Below are positions 49,506 to 58,618 of a stretch of 64,000 nucleotides of DNA, in pieces. A program made the translations under genes and the position numbers. Numbering within the stretch: the stretch's first letter is position 1; each line of letters starts with the position of its first letter. Where the stretch lies: the NCBI GenBank assembly GCA_963794745.1, contig CAWCEZ010000005.1:255189-319188 (forward strand). The letters run 5' to 3'. The notes below the pieces were generated by a model. The model saw nothing but the letters and a program-made list of their open reading frames with translations, was not told where the DNA came from and searched no databases. Source of the DNA: an uncultured Acidimicrobiaceae bacterium (lineage in GTDB: Bacteria; Actinomycetota; Acidimicrobiia; Acidimicrobiales; Palsa-688).

Positions 49506-50881
49506 GCGACTACGACCTTTTCCATAGCAGCCACAAAGGCGTCGATCTCGGCTCGGGACCGTTTCTCTGTCACCGCGACGAGCAGCCCGCGGCGGTCCCC
49601 CACTTCTACGGGGATGCCGGCCAGGAAGCCTTCCTCGGCCATGCGCTCGACGACGAGGTCGGCCGGCAGCGGCAGTTCGAGCGCGAACTCGCGCAGGACA
49701 GGAGCTTCTACCAAGGGTTTTACCCCGGGCAGCGCGATCAGGGCCTCCCTCGTGTAGCGGGTACCGCGGGCGCAGCGCAGGGCCAGCTCACGCAGGCCCC
49801 ACGTGCCGAGCCACGCCATCTGCACCATCGCCCCGATGGCGATCAGGGTCTGGTTGGTGCAGATGTTGGACGAGGCACGCTCGCGCCGTATGTCCTGCTC
49901 CCTGGCACGCAACGTCGTGACGTAGGCCGTGCGCCCCTCGGTGTCGACCGTCCTGCCGACCAGGCGCCCCGGCAGGCGCCGGGTGTGTGCGCTCGCTACT
50001 GCGAACATCCCGAGGTAAGGGCCTCCGAACGCCATCGGCATACCCAAGGGTTGGCCTTCGGCCACTGCCACATCGGCTCCCTGCTCGCCGGGCGTGCGCA
50101 GTAGGCCGGCAGCAATCGGGTCGAAGGCCGCCACCAAGAGCGCTCCGAGGTCGTCGGCGGCTTTTCGGGCGGGCGCGAGAGGGTCGATGCAGCCTAGGTA
50201 GTTCGGAGACGGCGCCACCAGCGCAGCCGGGTGGCCGTCAGGCCCACCGCCGCGACCGGATCCGGGACCATTGCCAATATGGCCGGCGGCGGCCTGCTCC
50301 CAAGCGGTACGGCCCTCGACAAGCGGTATGTCCACGATCTCGGTACCACCGCCCGCGCAAAGGGTCGCCAGTGCCTCCCGCCAGCGCGGGTTGAGCCCGG
50401 CGCTCACCCAGACGGTCCTGCGCCCTGTCGAGGCAATTGCCACGTTGACCGCTTCGACGGTCGCCGTAGCGCCGTCATAGACAGAGGCGTTGGCGATAGG
50501 CAGACCGGCCAATCGGGAAACAAGGGTCTGGTACTCGAAGAGCGCCTCGAGGACCCCCTGAGCCACCTCGGGCTGATAGGGCGTGTACGACGTGACGAAC
50601 TCGGAGCGGCCCCCGAGCGCCCGCGTCACCGCCGGCACGTCATGGTCGTAAGCCCCCCCGCCTGCGAAACAGACGAGCTCACTGGCTGCCCGGTTGCGCC
50701 TGGCCAGCCGGGACATTTCGGCCGCCACATCGGGTTCGGACATCCCTGGGGCCATCTCGAGGCCGCCCGCCAGGCGCAGAGCCTCCGGGATGCACTCGAA
50801 CAGCTCGGCGGGGCTGGAGAGGCCCAGGTCACCCAGCATCCGGGCGAAATCCTCATCAGTGTGGGGGACGAAATGAGCCAT
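49502..50881 (-). CDS. gcvPA: glycine dehydrogenase (decarboxylating) subunit 1
   Basis: 459-aa ORF with the GcvPA pattern (YTPYQPEVAQGVLEALFEYQT). Confidence 0.9.
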   Translation of the reverse strand: MAHFVPHTDEDFARMLGDLGLSSPAELFECIPEALRLAGGLEMAPGMSEPDVAAEMSRLARRNRAASELVCFAGGGAYDHDVPAVTRALGGRSEFVTSYTPYQPEVAQGVLEALFEYQTLVSRLAGLPIANASVYDGATATVEAVNVAIASTGRRTVWVSAGLNPRWREALATLCAGGGTEIVDIPLVEGRTAWEQAAAGHIGNGPGSGRGGGPDGHPAALVAPSPNYLGCIDPLAPARKAADDLGALLVAAFDPIAAGLLRTPGEQGADVAVAEGQPLGMPMAFGGPYLGMFAVASAHTRRLPGRLVGRTVDTEGRTAYVTTLRAREQDIRRERASSNICTNQTLIAIGAMVQMAWLGTWGLRELALRCARGTRYTREALIALPGVKPLVEAPVLREFALELPLPADLVVERMAEEGFLAGIPVEVGDRRGLLVAVTEKRSRAEIDAFVAAMEKVVVA

Positions 50882-51975
50882 CAGTTTGTTGTACCGGATT
50901 TCTTTACGAAGGGTAGGCGGGCGATATGACAGGTAAGGGCACGACCTCTCGCGTCCACTTTGAGCTCTGCCCCATCAGGCAACCCCAGTTGGAGAAAACC
51001 CATTCCGATCCCACAACCCAGGACCGGCGAGAAATTACCACTTGTCAGCTCGCCGGCGATCACCCCGTCCAGGAGAGCTGGATAGCCCGCCCGAAGTGGT
51101 TGCCTGCCCTCGCCGGTAACGCCCCTCAGCACCCGGGTCAAGCCTTCGTGGCGTTGCGCCACCAAGGCGTCAAGGCCCGTAAAGCCGCCAGGCTTATCCC
51201 AGGCAACGACCCAGGAGAGGCCGGCCTCGAGCGGGGTAATACCGGGGCCGAGCTCATGGCCGTGAAGGGGAAGGCCCGACTCGAGCCGGAGGGTGTCACG
51301 CGCCCCGAGGCCAGCCGGCGAGGCGCCCGCAGTTACCAGCGCTTGCCAGAGGTCCTCGGCACGTGAGGCTGGGACCGAGCACTCGACGCCGTCCTCGCCC
51401 GTATAGCCCGTGCCCGCGACCGTGACGGGGGTGCCTTGCCAGTCCAGCTGTTCGACCCGGAAGCGGCCGACACCGGCAGCTTCGGCGAAAACCTTGGCGA
51501 GGATGCTGCGCGACTGCGGGCCCTGCACTGCCAGCACGGCCCTGCCGCCGGTGATGTCGCTGCCCCCGATCGCAGCGAGCACCCTGGAGGTGTTGGAGGC
51601 GTTCGGCATGACGTCGAAGATCTCCTCGCCTGCCCACCACACGATCAAGTCGTCGAGCACCGACCCTTCGTTGTCGAGAAGGTGCGTGTACTGCGCCCTG
51701 CCGGGAGCGATCTTGCCGAGGTCGTTGGTGAGCGCCCTCTGCAGCGTTGCCTTGGCGCCAGGTCCCTCCACCCGCACCGTGCCGAGGTGGCTCACGTCAA
51801 AAATGGCCACGTCTCGGCGGCAGGACATGTGCTCTGCGAGGGTGCCGTGCTCGTACTCGAGGGGCATCTCCCAGCCCCCGAAGCCCACCATCCGCGCACC
51901 ATTGCGCCGGTGCCAGGCGTCGAGCGGGCTGTAGCGCAGCACGCCTGCCCCAGGTGCCTCCTGTTGCCCGGTCAA
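50881..51975 (-). CDS. gcvT: glycine cleavage system aminomethyltransferase T
   Basis: 364-aa ORF (SPLDAWHRRNGARMVGFGGWEMPLEY, FDVSHLG). Confidence 0.9.
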   Translation of the reverse strand: MTGQQEAPGAGVLRYSPLDAWHRRNGARMVGFGGWEMPLEYEHGTLAEHMSCRRDVAIFDVSHLGTVRVEGPGAKATLQRALTNDLGKIAPGRAQYTHLLDNEGSVLDDLIVWWAGEEIFDVMPNASNTSRVLAAIGGSDITGGRAVLAVQGPQSRSILAKVFAEAAGVGRFRVEQLDWQGTPVTVAGTGYTGEDGVECSVPASRAEDLWQALVTAGASPAGLGARDTLRLESGLPLHGHELGPGITPLEAGLSWVVAWDKPGGFTGLDALVAQRHEGLTRVLRGVTGEGRQPLRAGYPALLDGVIAGELTSGNFSPVLGCGIGMGFLQLGLPDGAELKVDARGRALTCHIARLPFVKKSGTTN

Positions 51976-52020
51976 CGCGCGCTCACTTGGCCGAGGCTCA
52001 CCCGGCCAAGACTAGATGCT

Positions 52021-52575
52021 TTAGCGAGCGATCCTCTTCGCCGGTCCCGGCACGCTTTTTGCCGGGCTCGCACTCGCAGCTGTCCCGTTCGCCGGGTGCC
52101 CCTGGGGGCGCGTACCCGTGAACTCGGTGATGCCAGCATCTACCTCTGAGACGATCTTCTCCATGCCGAGCACTATCGAGAGCACACCCTGGCCGCCCCG
52201 CAGCAGGTCGAACAGCTCTTGGCCGGAATTGGCCAAGACGGTGCGGTCGTCGGCGATGACGAGGCTCGCGCTGGCTACATCGGTGCCCGAACCGCGCAGG
52301 CATTCGATCGCTTTGCGCGTCGAGCGCAACGACACACCGTTGTCCAGCAACTGCTTGATGACCTTCAGCTGCAACAAGTCCGTGTAGGCATAAACGCGCT
52401 GCGTCCCGCTCCCCCGCGCGTCGCTGATCGAAGGCCGCATCAGGTCGGTACGAGCCCAGTAGTCCAGCTGGCGGTACGTGATCCCCACGATGTTGCAAAC
52501 CTGCGGCCCTCTGAACCCTTCCTCGGGCCCGTCTTCCGCCGGCGGCGATGCCTGCCCGGTTTGTTGACGCTCCAT
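52021..52575 (-). CDS. MerR family transcriptional regulator (Rv1830-like position)
   Basis: HTH (VCNIVGITYRQLDYWARTDL...GSGTQRVYAYTDLLQLKVIKQLLD). GAGGAGGG RBS. Confidence 0.8.
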   Translation of the reverse strand: MERQQTGQASPPAEDGPEEGFRGPQVCNIVGITYRQLDYWARTDLMRPSISDARGSGTQRVYAYTDLLQLKVIKQLLDNGVSLRSTRKAIECLRGSGTDVASASLVIADDRTVLANSGQELFDLLRGGQGVLSIVLGMEKIVSEVDAGITEFTGTRPQGHPANGTAASASPAKSVPGPAKRIAR

Positions 52576-52592
52576 TTGCCCTCCTCGGCAGA

Positions 52593-52613
52593 TGTAACAG
52601 ATAGGTAGTTACA
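52593..52613 (-). promoter_or_regulatory. inverted repeat TGTAAC-N9-GTTACA upstream of the MerR gene at 52021..52575
   Basis: Perfect 6-bp arms in an AT-rich patch, 18-38 nt upstream of the ATG at 52575. Confidence 0.45.
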
Positions 52614-52735
52614 CCAGTGTGGCCCTTCCGGGGCGTGCCCGCAAGAACCTGGCCTGGATATAGCCCCTGATCAGGCGATGTGCTCTGCGACCTCAGGGCG
52701 ACGGCCGGCGGCGGAGCGCCTGAGGGCCTCCGGGC

Positions 52736-53233
52736 TCACTTCTCGAAGTCCTCCGGGCTGATGCCCTCGATGAACTCGTGGAACTGCGCCACGAGCTCTT
52801 CACCCTCAGGTGCGTCCTCGAGCTCGTCGTGCTGTGTGATCACTATGCCCTCGGCGTCCAGCAAGGCCTCCTCGGCATAGATCGTGGCGCCCGCGCGGAT
52901 CGCGATCGCGATCGCATCGGACGGCCTCGCCGACACGACGTAGTTGTTGCCACCGCGCCGCAGGCGCAACTCTGCATAGAAAGTCTGGTCCTTTAGCTCG
53001 GTTATCACCACGTGGTCCAGCACGACGCCGACCTCGGTGAGGATGTCGCGCAGCAGGTCGTGGGTCATCGGCCTCTTGGTGACAACGCCTTGAAGGGCAG
53101 CCGCTATCGCTTCGGCCTCGGGGCGCCCAATGTAGATAGGCAGCGTCCGGTCGCCCGTCGCCTCTTGCAACAACAGGATCGGGGTGTTAGCAGGGAGCTC
53201 GACCCGGACGGCAGAGAGGTGCATCTCGACCAT
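52736..53233 (-). CDS. bifunctional nuclease (BFN/DUF151) family protein
   Basis: 165-aa ORF (PILLLQEATGDRTLPIYIGRPEAEAIA...RPMTHDLL...ARPSDAIAIAIR). Confidence 0.8.
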   Translation of the reverse strand: MVEMHLSAVRVELPANTPILLLQEATGDRTLPIYIGRPEAEAIAAALQGVVTKRPMTHDLLRDILTEVGVVLDHVVITELKDQTFYAELRLRRGGNNYVVSARPSDAIAIAIRAGATIYAEEALLDAEGIVITQHDELEDAPEGEELVAQFHEFIEGISPEDFEK

Positions 53234-53339
53234 CCTTGAACGTTACAACGGCGGACGGCCAACCCGACAGGCGGTTAGGGCCGTGCAGGCAAGGCGCACA
53301 TACTCCCCAAGGAAAATCACGCAAGCAACGAGCGGTCGG

Positions 53340-54518
53340 CTAGCGACTGTCGGCGAGCGCTGCGCGAAGCAAAGCCGTCCGCAGCTCCCCGCCCAGCTCG
53401 GACAGCTCGTCGACGGCGTGGGCGGCAGCCTCACGGGCCTGCGGGTTGCGTTGGCGCAGGAGAGGCATGATCACCTGTTGCACCAACCCGGCCTCCCGTT
53501 CGGCGGCGCCCTTGTACGCGCGGAGGTGGCGGGCCTCGACGCCATGGCGGGCGAAGGCCCATGCCAGGCGGGCGATCACGGCGGCTTCCCGGGAGTAATA
53601 CGGCGCCCCCCCGATGATCCTGGGAGCTATGAGGCCGTACTGTTCGAGGTCCCTCACGGTCTCAACGTCCACGGCGGCCGCTTCGACCAGCTCAGCCAAG
53701 GACAGCTCGTCGTCGGCGGGCGCCCTTACCTCGCGGGGGCGCCCCGGCCGCGACGACTTCGGGGGAGGCTCGGGCTCACGGGCAACTGCACGTTCTGAGG
53801 CAACTGCGCGTTCTGAGGCAACTGCGCGTTCTGAGGCAACTGCGCGTTCTGAGGCAACTGCACGTTCTGAGGCAACTGCGCGCTCAGGTGTGACAGCTGG
53901 TCCAAGGGGGCCATCTTCGCCGTCTGAGGCTACAGAAGGTCCTTGTACCGGAACGGTGGTGCTCTCGGCGGCGTGCGCGCGGCTTGCCCGCGGGCGATTT
54001 TCGGCGCGCGGTCCGCCACCGGCGCTCGAACCGCTCGGCTCGGCTCGGCTGCTCGGCTCGGCTCGGTTGCCCGGGCTGAGGTTGCTACCGGGGCTGACAT
54101 AGCCACCCGAGGCGGGGCCTAGGTCAAACAGCTGGGCGGGCCTGCTCGCCGAGGCCCCTCCGTTGCCGTAGAGCGCCTCGCTAGTTAGCGCCACGCGTAC
54201 ATAGCCCTCTTCGAGCACGTAGCCCCCCTCGAGGAGGGCCTCCCCGTCACCGGCGGCGTCGGGGTCGAGGTCGCCCTGCCCCTCGAGGCGGTCCTTGATC
54301 ACCTTGAGCGGCAAGAAGGCATCCCTTTGCTGGCGCAGGACCCAGCGCAATCTCTCGATGTCCGGCTCATAGAACTTCCGGTACCCCGACGGGGTCCGCT
54401 CGGGGTCGACCAAGCCCTGGCTTTCCAGGAAACGGATCTTCGAGATCGTTACGTCCGGGAACTCCTCGTGGAGCAACGACAGGACCTCGCCTATCGAAAG
54501 GTGCGCGCGACCTACCAC
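53340..54518 (-). CDS. MerR-family regulator with two MerR-like domains (FtsR/Rv1828-like) and repeat-expanded linker
   Basis: N-terminal HTH ([31 protein letters not shown]...GYRKF) and a C-terminal second MerR-like domain. The linker contains (ERAVAS)x6. Confidence 0.75.
   Translation of the reverse strand: MVGRAHLSIGEVLSLLHEEFPDVTISKIRFLESQGLVDPERTPSGYRKFYEPDIERLRWVLRQQRDAFLPLKVIKDRLEGQGDLDPDAAGDGEALLEGGYVLEEGYVRVALTSEALYGNGGASASRPAQLFDLGPASGGYVSPGSNLSPGNRAEPSSRAEPSGSSAGGGPRAENRPRASRAHAAESTTVPVQGPSVASDGEDGPLGPAVTPERAVASERAVASERAVASERAVASERAVASERAVAREPEPPPKSSRPGRPREVRAPADDELSLAELVEAAAVDVETVRDLEQYGLIAPRIIGGAPYYSREAAVIARLAWAFARHGVEARHLRAYKGAAEREAGLVQQVIMPLLRQRNPQAREAAAHAVDELSELGGELRTALLRAALADSR
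53781..53888. repeat. 18-bp in-frame tandem repeat x6 inside the FtsR-like MerR gene (ERAVAS x6)
   Basis: ggcaactgc[a/g]cgttctga repeated from 53781. Copies 1 and 5 carry the a variant and copy 6 is degenerate. Confidence 0.95.
54033..54068. repeat. 18-bp in-frame tandem duplication in the same gene (RAEPS-containing hexapeptide x2)
   Basis: gctcggctcggctcggct (54033-50) and gctcggctcggctcggtt (54051-68). Confidence 0.85.
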
Positions 54519-54544
54519 GACGGTGCTCTCAAGCCCTCGGTCGA

Positions 54545-55096
54545 TCAGGCGGTGCCAGCGGCATGGCCGGCGCCAGGGCCTTGGCCAGGAGCGAGGAACA
54601 GCAGGCGGAACTTGCCCACCTGGAGCTCGTCCCCGCTCACCAGAGGGGCTGTATCTATCCGTTCGCGGTTGAGGTAGGTGCCGTTGAGCGAGCCGACATC
54701 GTGGGCCTGGTAGACGCCATCGTCGTAGCGCACCTCAGCATGACGGCGCGAAACGGTGATGTCATCAAGGAAAATGTCGCTTTCGGGGTGACGGCCGATC
54801 GCGACGACCACGGCGTCCTGCGGCCCGAGGACGAAGCGGGAGCCGGAATTAGGCCCGCGGGTCACCACGAGCACGGCACCACCCGGCGCTACCCCGTGGA
54901 GGAGGTCGCTCGGCTCGAGCAGGAAAGGCTCGGACGACCCGTCCCCAGGGAACAACACAACTGCCGGCGTGGCCGAAGTCTGGTGCTCCGGGGCGTCAGG
55001 CTCGACGGCTGTCACGCGCGGCTCCAGTGGAGCTCCGCAAGAGGAGCAAAAATTGGCCCCCACGGGGTTGCGGTGCCCGCACCGGTTGCAGTACAA
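54545..55096 (-). CDS. FHA-domain protein (GarA/OdhI position) with N-terminal zinc ribbon
   Basis: [19 protein letters not shown] zinc ribbon. FHA core ([22 protein letters not shown]...SLNGTYLN). Confidence 0.8.
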   Translation of the reverse strand: MYCNRCGHRNPVGANFCSSCGAPLEPRVTAVEPDAPEHQTSATPAVVLFPGDGSSEPFLLEPSDLLHGVAPGGAVLVVTRGPNSGSRFVLGPQDAVVVAIGRHPESDIFLDDITVSRRHAEVRYDDGVYQAHDVGSLNGTYLNRERIDTAPLVSGDELQVGKFRLLFLAPGQGPGAGHAAGTA

Positions 55097-55100
55097 CGCC

Positions 55101-55493
55101 TCAGGCCTCGAGGAGCTTTCGGTAGTCCGCCGGGCTCAACAACGTCTCGAAAGCGGCGGCCGAGGAGGGCTCGATCACGCAAATCCACCCTTTACCGTAG
55201 GGTTCTTCGTTGACTTGCTGGGGCGCATCGACTAGCTCGCTGTTCACTTCTAAGACGGTCCCGTCGAGCGGAGCGTATATATCCGAGACAGACTTGGTCG
55301 ATTCTAGCTCGCAGAGCGCTTGGCCCGCCGTTGCCAAGGCCTCTGGCGCCGGCAGTTGGACATAGACGATGTCCCCCAAGGCGTCCTGGGCGTAATCCGT
55401 GATCCCAACCCGGGCACGATCGCCCTCGAGGCGAACCCATTCATGGTCCGAGGTGTAGCGAAGGTCATCTGGAACGTTCACGGTGGAGACCAT
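55101..55493 (-). CDS. gcvH: glycine cleavage system H protein
   Basis: 130-aa ORF with a lipoyl-lysine motif (ELESTKSVSDIYAP). Confidence 0.9.
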   Translation of the reverse strand: MVSTVNVPDDLRYTSDHEWVRLEGDRARVGITDYAQDALGDIVYVQLPAPEALATAGQALCELESTKSVSDIYAPLDGTVLEVNSELVDAPQQVNEEPYGKGWICVIEPSSAAAFETLLSPADYRKLLEA

Positions 55494-55568
55494 ACTGGCC
55501 GGAGACCCTCGACGGCAGCCCGTTCTGAAGAGATCCTGGCTGGCGGCACTTCGCCAACTTCTCTGCCG

Positions 55569-56216
55569 TCATCGCTGGCCGTCGCCGGAGTGGGCCACGA
55601 GCTGCTCGCCCTCGCCGCGACCTTCGCCCTTGCGGGCCTGGGCGAGCACGGCGCGCCCGGTCGGGATGTACTGGAACGCCGCGTACCAAGCGAAAACCTG
55701 ACCGCAGGCAACCGCAACCCACGCCGCCACATCGGCGGCCTCATGCCAGCGGAAGGGAGCGTGGCCCAAAAGGAAAAGCGGCAGCGCCACCATCATCCCG
55801 AAAGCGCCCACCTTGCCCGCAAAGCTCACCTCCAAGTACCGCGCGCCGCCAACGGTGAGCACCACCGCCCCGGCCAACACAAAGAGCTCTCTCAACAGCA
55901 CGATCGCCACGAGCCAGACGGGCACAGCACCGATCGCAACCGCCCCGATCACCGCGGAGAGCACGAGCGCCCGGTCCACAAAGGGGTCCGCCAACTTTCC
56001 GAGCGAGCTGACCTGGTGAAAATGCCTTGCAACGTAGCCGTCGAGACCGTCGGTAATGCCCAGTACGGCGAGCATGCACGCGGCTGCGATCAGGTCCCGT
56101 CCGTGGGGCTGGCCGAGAAGCACAAGGAAAACCGGCAGGCAGGCCAGGCGCAGGGCCGTCAGGCCGTTGGGAACTGTGAGGACACGGTCCTCGCCCTCGC
56201 GGCGCGCTGATGGCAT
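55569..56216 (-). CDS. pgsA: CDP-alcohol phosphatidyltransferase (PgsA-like)
   Basis: Motif DGLDGYVARHFHQVSSLGKLADPFVDR within a multi-TM protein. Confidence 0.8.
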   Translation of the reverse strand: MPSARREGEDRVLTVPNGLTALRLACLPVFLVLLGQPHGRDLIAAACMLAVLGITDGLDGYVARHFHQVSSLGKLADPFVDRALVLSAVIGAVAIGAVPVWLVAIVLLRELFVLAGAVVLTVGGARYLEVSFAGKVGAFGMMVALPLFLLGHAPFRWHEAADVAAWVAVACGQVFAWYAAFQYIPTGRAVLAQARKGEGRGEGEQLVAHSGDGQR

Positions 56217-56238
56217 TGCCTTCGAGCATAAGGCGCTG

Positions 56239-57889
56239 TCAGCTGCCGAGCTGCACGGCCTTCACAACGAGCAAGGCCACCGCTACTACCAGGTAGACCC
56301 GCAGTGCCCACATGCCGGCAAGGCGGCCGCGCGACCACGTTGGCCGGCCGAGAAGAGCGAGCGAGGGCATACGCCAGCTCTCCCGATGGTCGCGAGGCAC
56401 TACGGGAGCCCGGCCGGCCGGCACCGCTCGCCTACGCAGGACGACCAAGGCCATGCCCGAAGCAAGGGCGCCCAACAAGGCGCCGCCCAGCACGAGGCAT
56501 AAGGCTCCGACATTTACCTTCGGGAAGACGGTGGTCGCAACCAGGACCAGCGACATGACCAGCAATACACCAATGATCAAGCACGCAATGGCGTTGAGCC
56601 ACGGCCTGTTCACCCAGGCCGAGGACGTCGCGGTCATTGCAGAGCAACAACAAGAACACTGCCGCCGACGGCAAGAGGACCCCAGCCAAAGCCTGTACGG
56701 CCAAGGTGATCAACCCGAGGGGGGCATGCGGGACAAGGACGATAGCCGCCGCCACCGCGACCAGCCCGGCGAAGCTGGCATAAAAGCCCTTGGCGTCGAA
56801 GAAGTTGCGATGAAGGGAGTGGTGCACCCCAAAGAAGTCCCCGACGGCATACGAAGTCCCGAGGGTCACGGTCGCCGCCCCGATGATCGAAGCGTTCAGC
56901 AACACGAGAGCGTAGAGGGGGCCGGCTGCGTGGCCCAACTGGTGCTCGAGGCCCCTCGCGACCCCACCAGCATTGGTGAACTTTCCGAAGTAATGGCTGT
57001 GCCCGAACGCGAAGGCGCAGGTGATCACCATGGCCGTGGCGCCGATGACAGTCACGAAAGAGCCGAGCACGGTATCGGCGCGCTCGTAATTGATCCAACG
57101 AGGTGTGATCCGCTTGTCGATGATGTTGGACTGCTGGAAGAACAGCTGCCATGGCGCGACGGTCGTACCGACGATGGAGATTATGAGCAGGACCGAGGTT
57201 GAGTTGGCCCCGCCGGCTATGCCCGGGACAGTCAGGCCGTGCAGGACCGGGCCCGCGTGGGGATGGCTGAAGATCGCCAACGGGACAACAAGAAAGTTGG
57301 CAACGACGAAGAGCAACATGAAGCGTTCCCAACGGCGGAAGCTGCCGGTCGCCGTCATCACGACCAGGGCTGCCGCCGCGAGCGGGACGGAAATGTACTT
57401 GCTCACCCCGAAATAGCCGAGCGCGAGGTCGACGCCGATGAACTCGGTCACGATCGTGAGGAAGTCGAGCACCAGCAGGTCGCCCACTGAGAACATCCCC
57501 CAAAAGCGGCCGAAGCGCTCCTTTATGAGCCGGGCGTGGCCGACGCCGGTCACGGCTCCGAGCCGGACGACCATCTCCTGGTTGACAACCAGCACCGGGA
57601 TCAGCAGTGGCAGCACCCACAAGAGGCTGTTGCCGTAGTTTTGGCCGGCCTGGGAGTAGGTGGCCACCCCTCCTGCGTCGTTGTCGCCCACCATGACGAT
57701 GAGGCCCGGGCCAATGATCGCAGCAAGGGTTAGTAGCCGTGCGCCCCAACCTCTCCACGCGCCGACGTCGTGCTGGCTGATCGTGCCGAGGGCACCACGA
57801 ATATCCCCGACGTGGGCATCGTCGAGGACGGCTGTGGTCGCACTGGCGCGAGCGGCGGGCGCTGCACCGTGACGCGTGTCGTTGGCCAT
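56239..57889 (-). pseudogene. NRAMP/SLC11 family transporter with NRMT-like (Mg-type) binding-site signature; one frameshift before the last helices
   Basis: Frame 56432..57889 carries the core, ending ...LLLLCNDRDVLG. The continuation WVNRPWLNAIACLIIGVLLV... is in frame 56239..56637. TM1 reads GDNDAGGVAT where canonical MntH has IDPGNFAT. TM6 reads GTTVAPWQ where it has GATIMPH. Confidence 0.8.
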
Positions 57890-57997
57890 GGCCGATGGAC
57901 CTCCGGGCTTGTAGGGCGGACGCGTTGCTCATTGGTGGCGCCCACGCCAGCCCGGGCCTCGGCTAAGTGGCCTTGCCCGGAACCAACATCCGCGCCT

Positions 57998-58018
57998 GAG
58001 GTTGGTAAGGCGAACCTC
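57998..58018 (-). promoter_or_regulatory. 21-bp dyad GAGGTTGG-N5-CGAACCTC in the long leader of the NRAMP-family gene
   Basis: Arms match at 7 of 8 positions. It overlaps a second dyad, ACCAAC-N13-GTTGGT (57982-58006), and lies about 110-130 nt upstream of the start at 57889. Confidence 0.3.
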
Positions 58019-58232
58019 TGTCGGCGCTCAGTGTTGCTCCCTTTCGTTGCCCAACATTGCGGTCACACCAAGGTCTGCGATGTCCGGCGGGCTGACCAGA
58101 CAAACCGGGAACTGGCCTCATTGAGGCAGGTGGCCCGATGCACACCTCCGCCGTAACGGGCGAGGTGGGACTGCCTTACCCGTCTACTTTACCACTCCCG
58201 GTCCCGACCCAGACCAGACGGTGCAAGCAGGC

Positions 58233-58618
58233 TCACAGTGGCTCACGTGTATGACGCTTGTATTGGGCCGCCTCGCCTTGCGGAGTGCCCTTGATGTCGG
58301 GCTCATCGCTTGCGAGGACCTGCCCGCCGGGGACGACCAAGAGCGCCACATGAGCATCCACGATGTCAGAAGTGCCACTCGACCCGAGAAGTGCACCCGC
58401 TTTCTTGGTCGCCTTCTCGTCCAGGACGGCGACCTCCAGGCCTGGCAGGGCCCGTGCCAAATTGGCCTCTCGTCGTCCCGTGCGCCAAACCTGCGCGATG
58501 GAACTGGCACTCGTACGCACGGGCACCCCCTCACGCTGGAGGACACGCAACATCGCCCGACCTTTCGGTCGCGCCTGTCGATGGCGATCAGGGCGGCGGA
58601 ACCCAGCACGGCCGTCAC
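58233..58618 (-). pseudogene. PIN-domain toxin paralog (VapC-like), frameshifted and lacking the first catalytic Asp
   Basis: GTG 58618 overlaps the antitoxin stop (GTGA). MTAVLGSAALIAIDRRDRKV is followed, after a frame change near 58555-58565, by AMLRVLQREGVPV...SSIAQVWR...VLASDEPDI. Collinear with the VapC at 38113..38493. Confidence 0.6.

Noticed and set aside
51976-52020. Glycine riboswitch expected upstream of gcvT.
   Set aside because: Only 45 nt separate gcvT from the upstream MerR stop, too short for a tandem or single glycine aptamer. gcvT is probably co-transcribed with the upstream cluster.
53781-53888. Tandem repeats here, at 18546-18604 and at 60977-61055 as possible CRISPR arrays.
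   Set aside because: The units are directly adjacent with no spacers and are only 14-22 bp long. No cas genes are present. Two of the arrays are in-frame coding repeats.
57890-58183. yybP-ykoY manganese riboswitch in the NRAMP-gene leader.
   Set aside because: GAAAGGGAGCAAC superficially resembles the AAAGGGGAGUAGC box. I could find no complementary closing helix and no second conserved GAGACA-type loop. A covariance-model search would be needed to revive this.
58184-58300. A second frameshift near the 3' end of the vapC paralog (ORF 58184..58618 versus 58233..58661).
   Set aside because: The frame ending at 58233 (…SDEPDIKGTPQGEAAQ…) aligns with the C terminus of the intact VapC (…SDPSDLRSLAEAAG…). 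One frameshift near 58560 is therefore sufficient.
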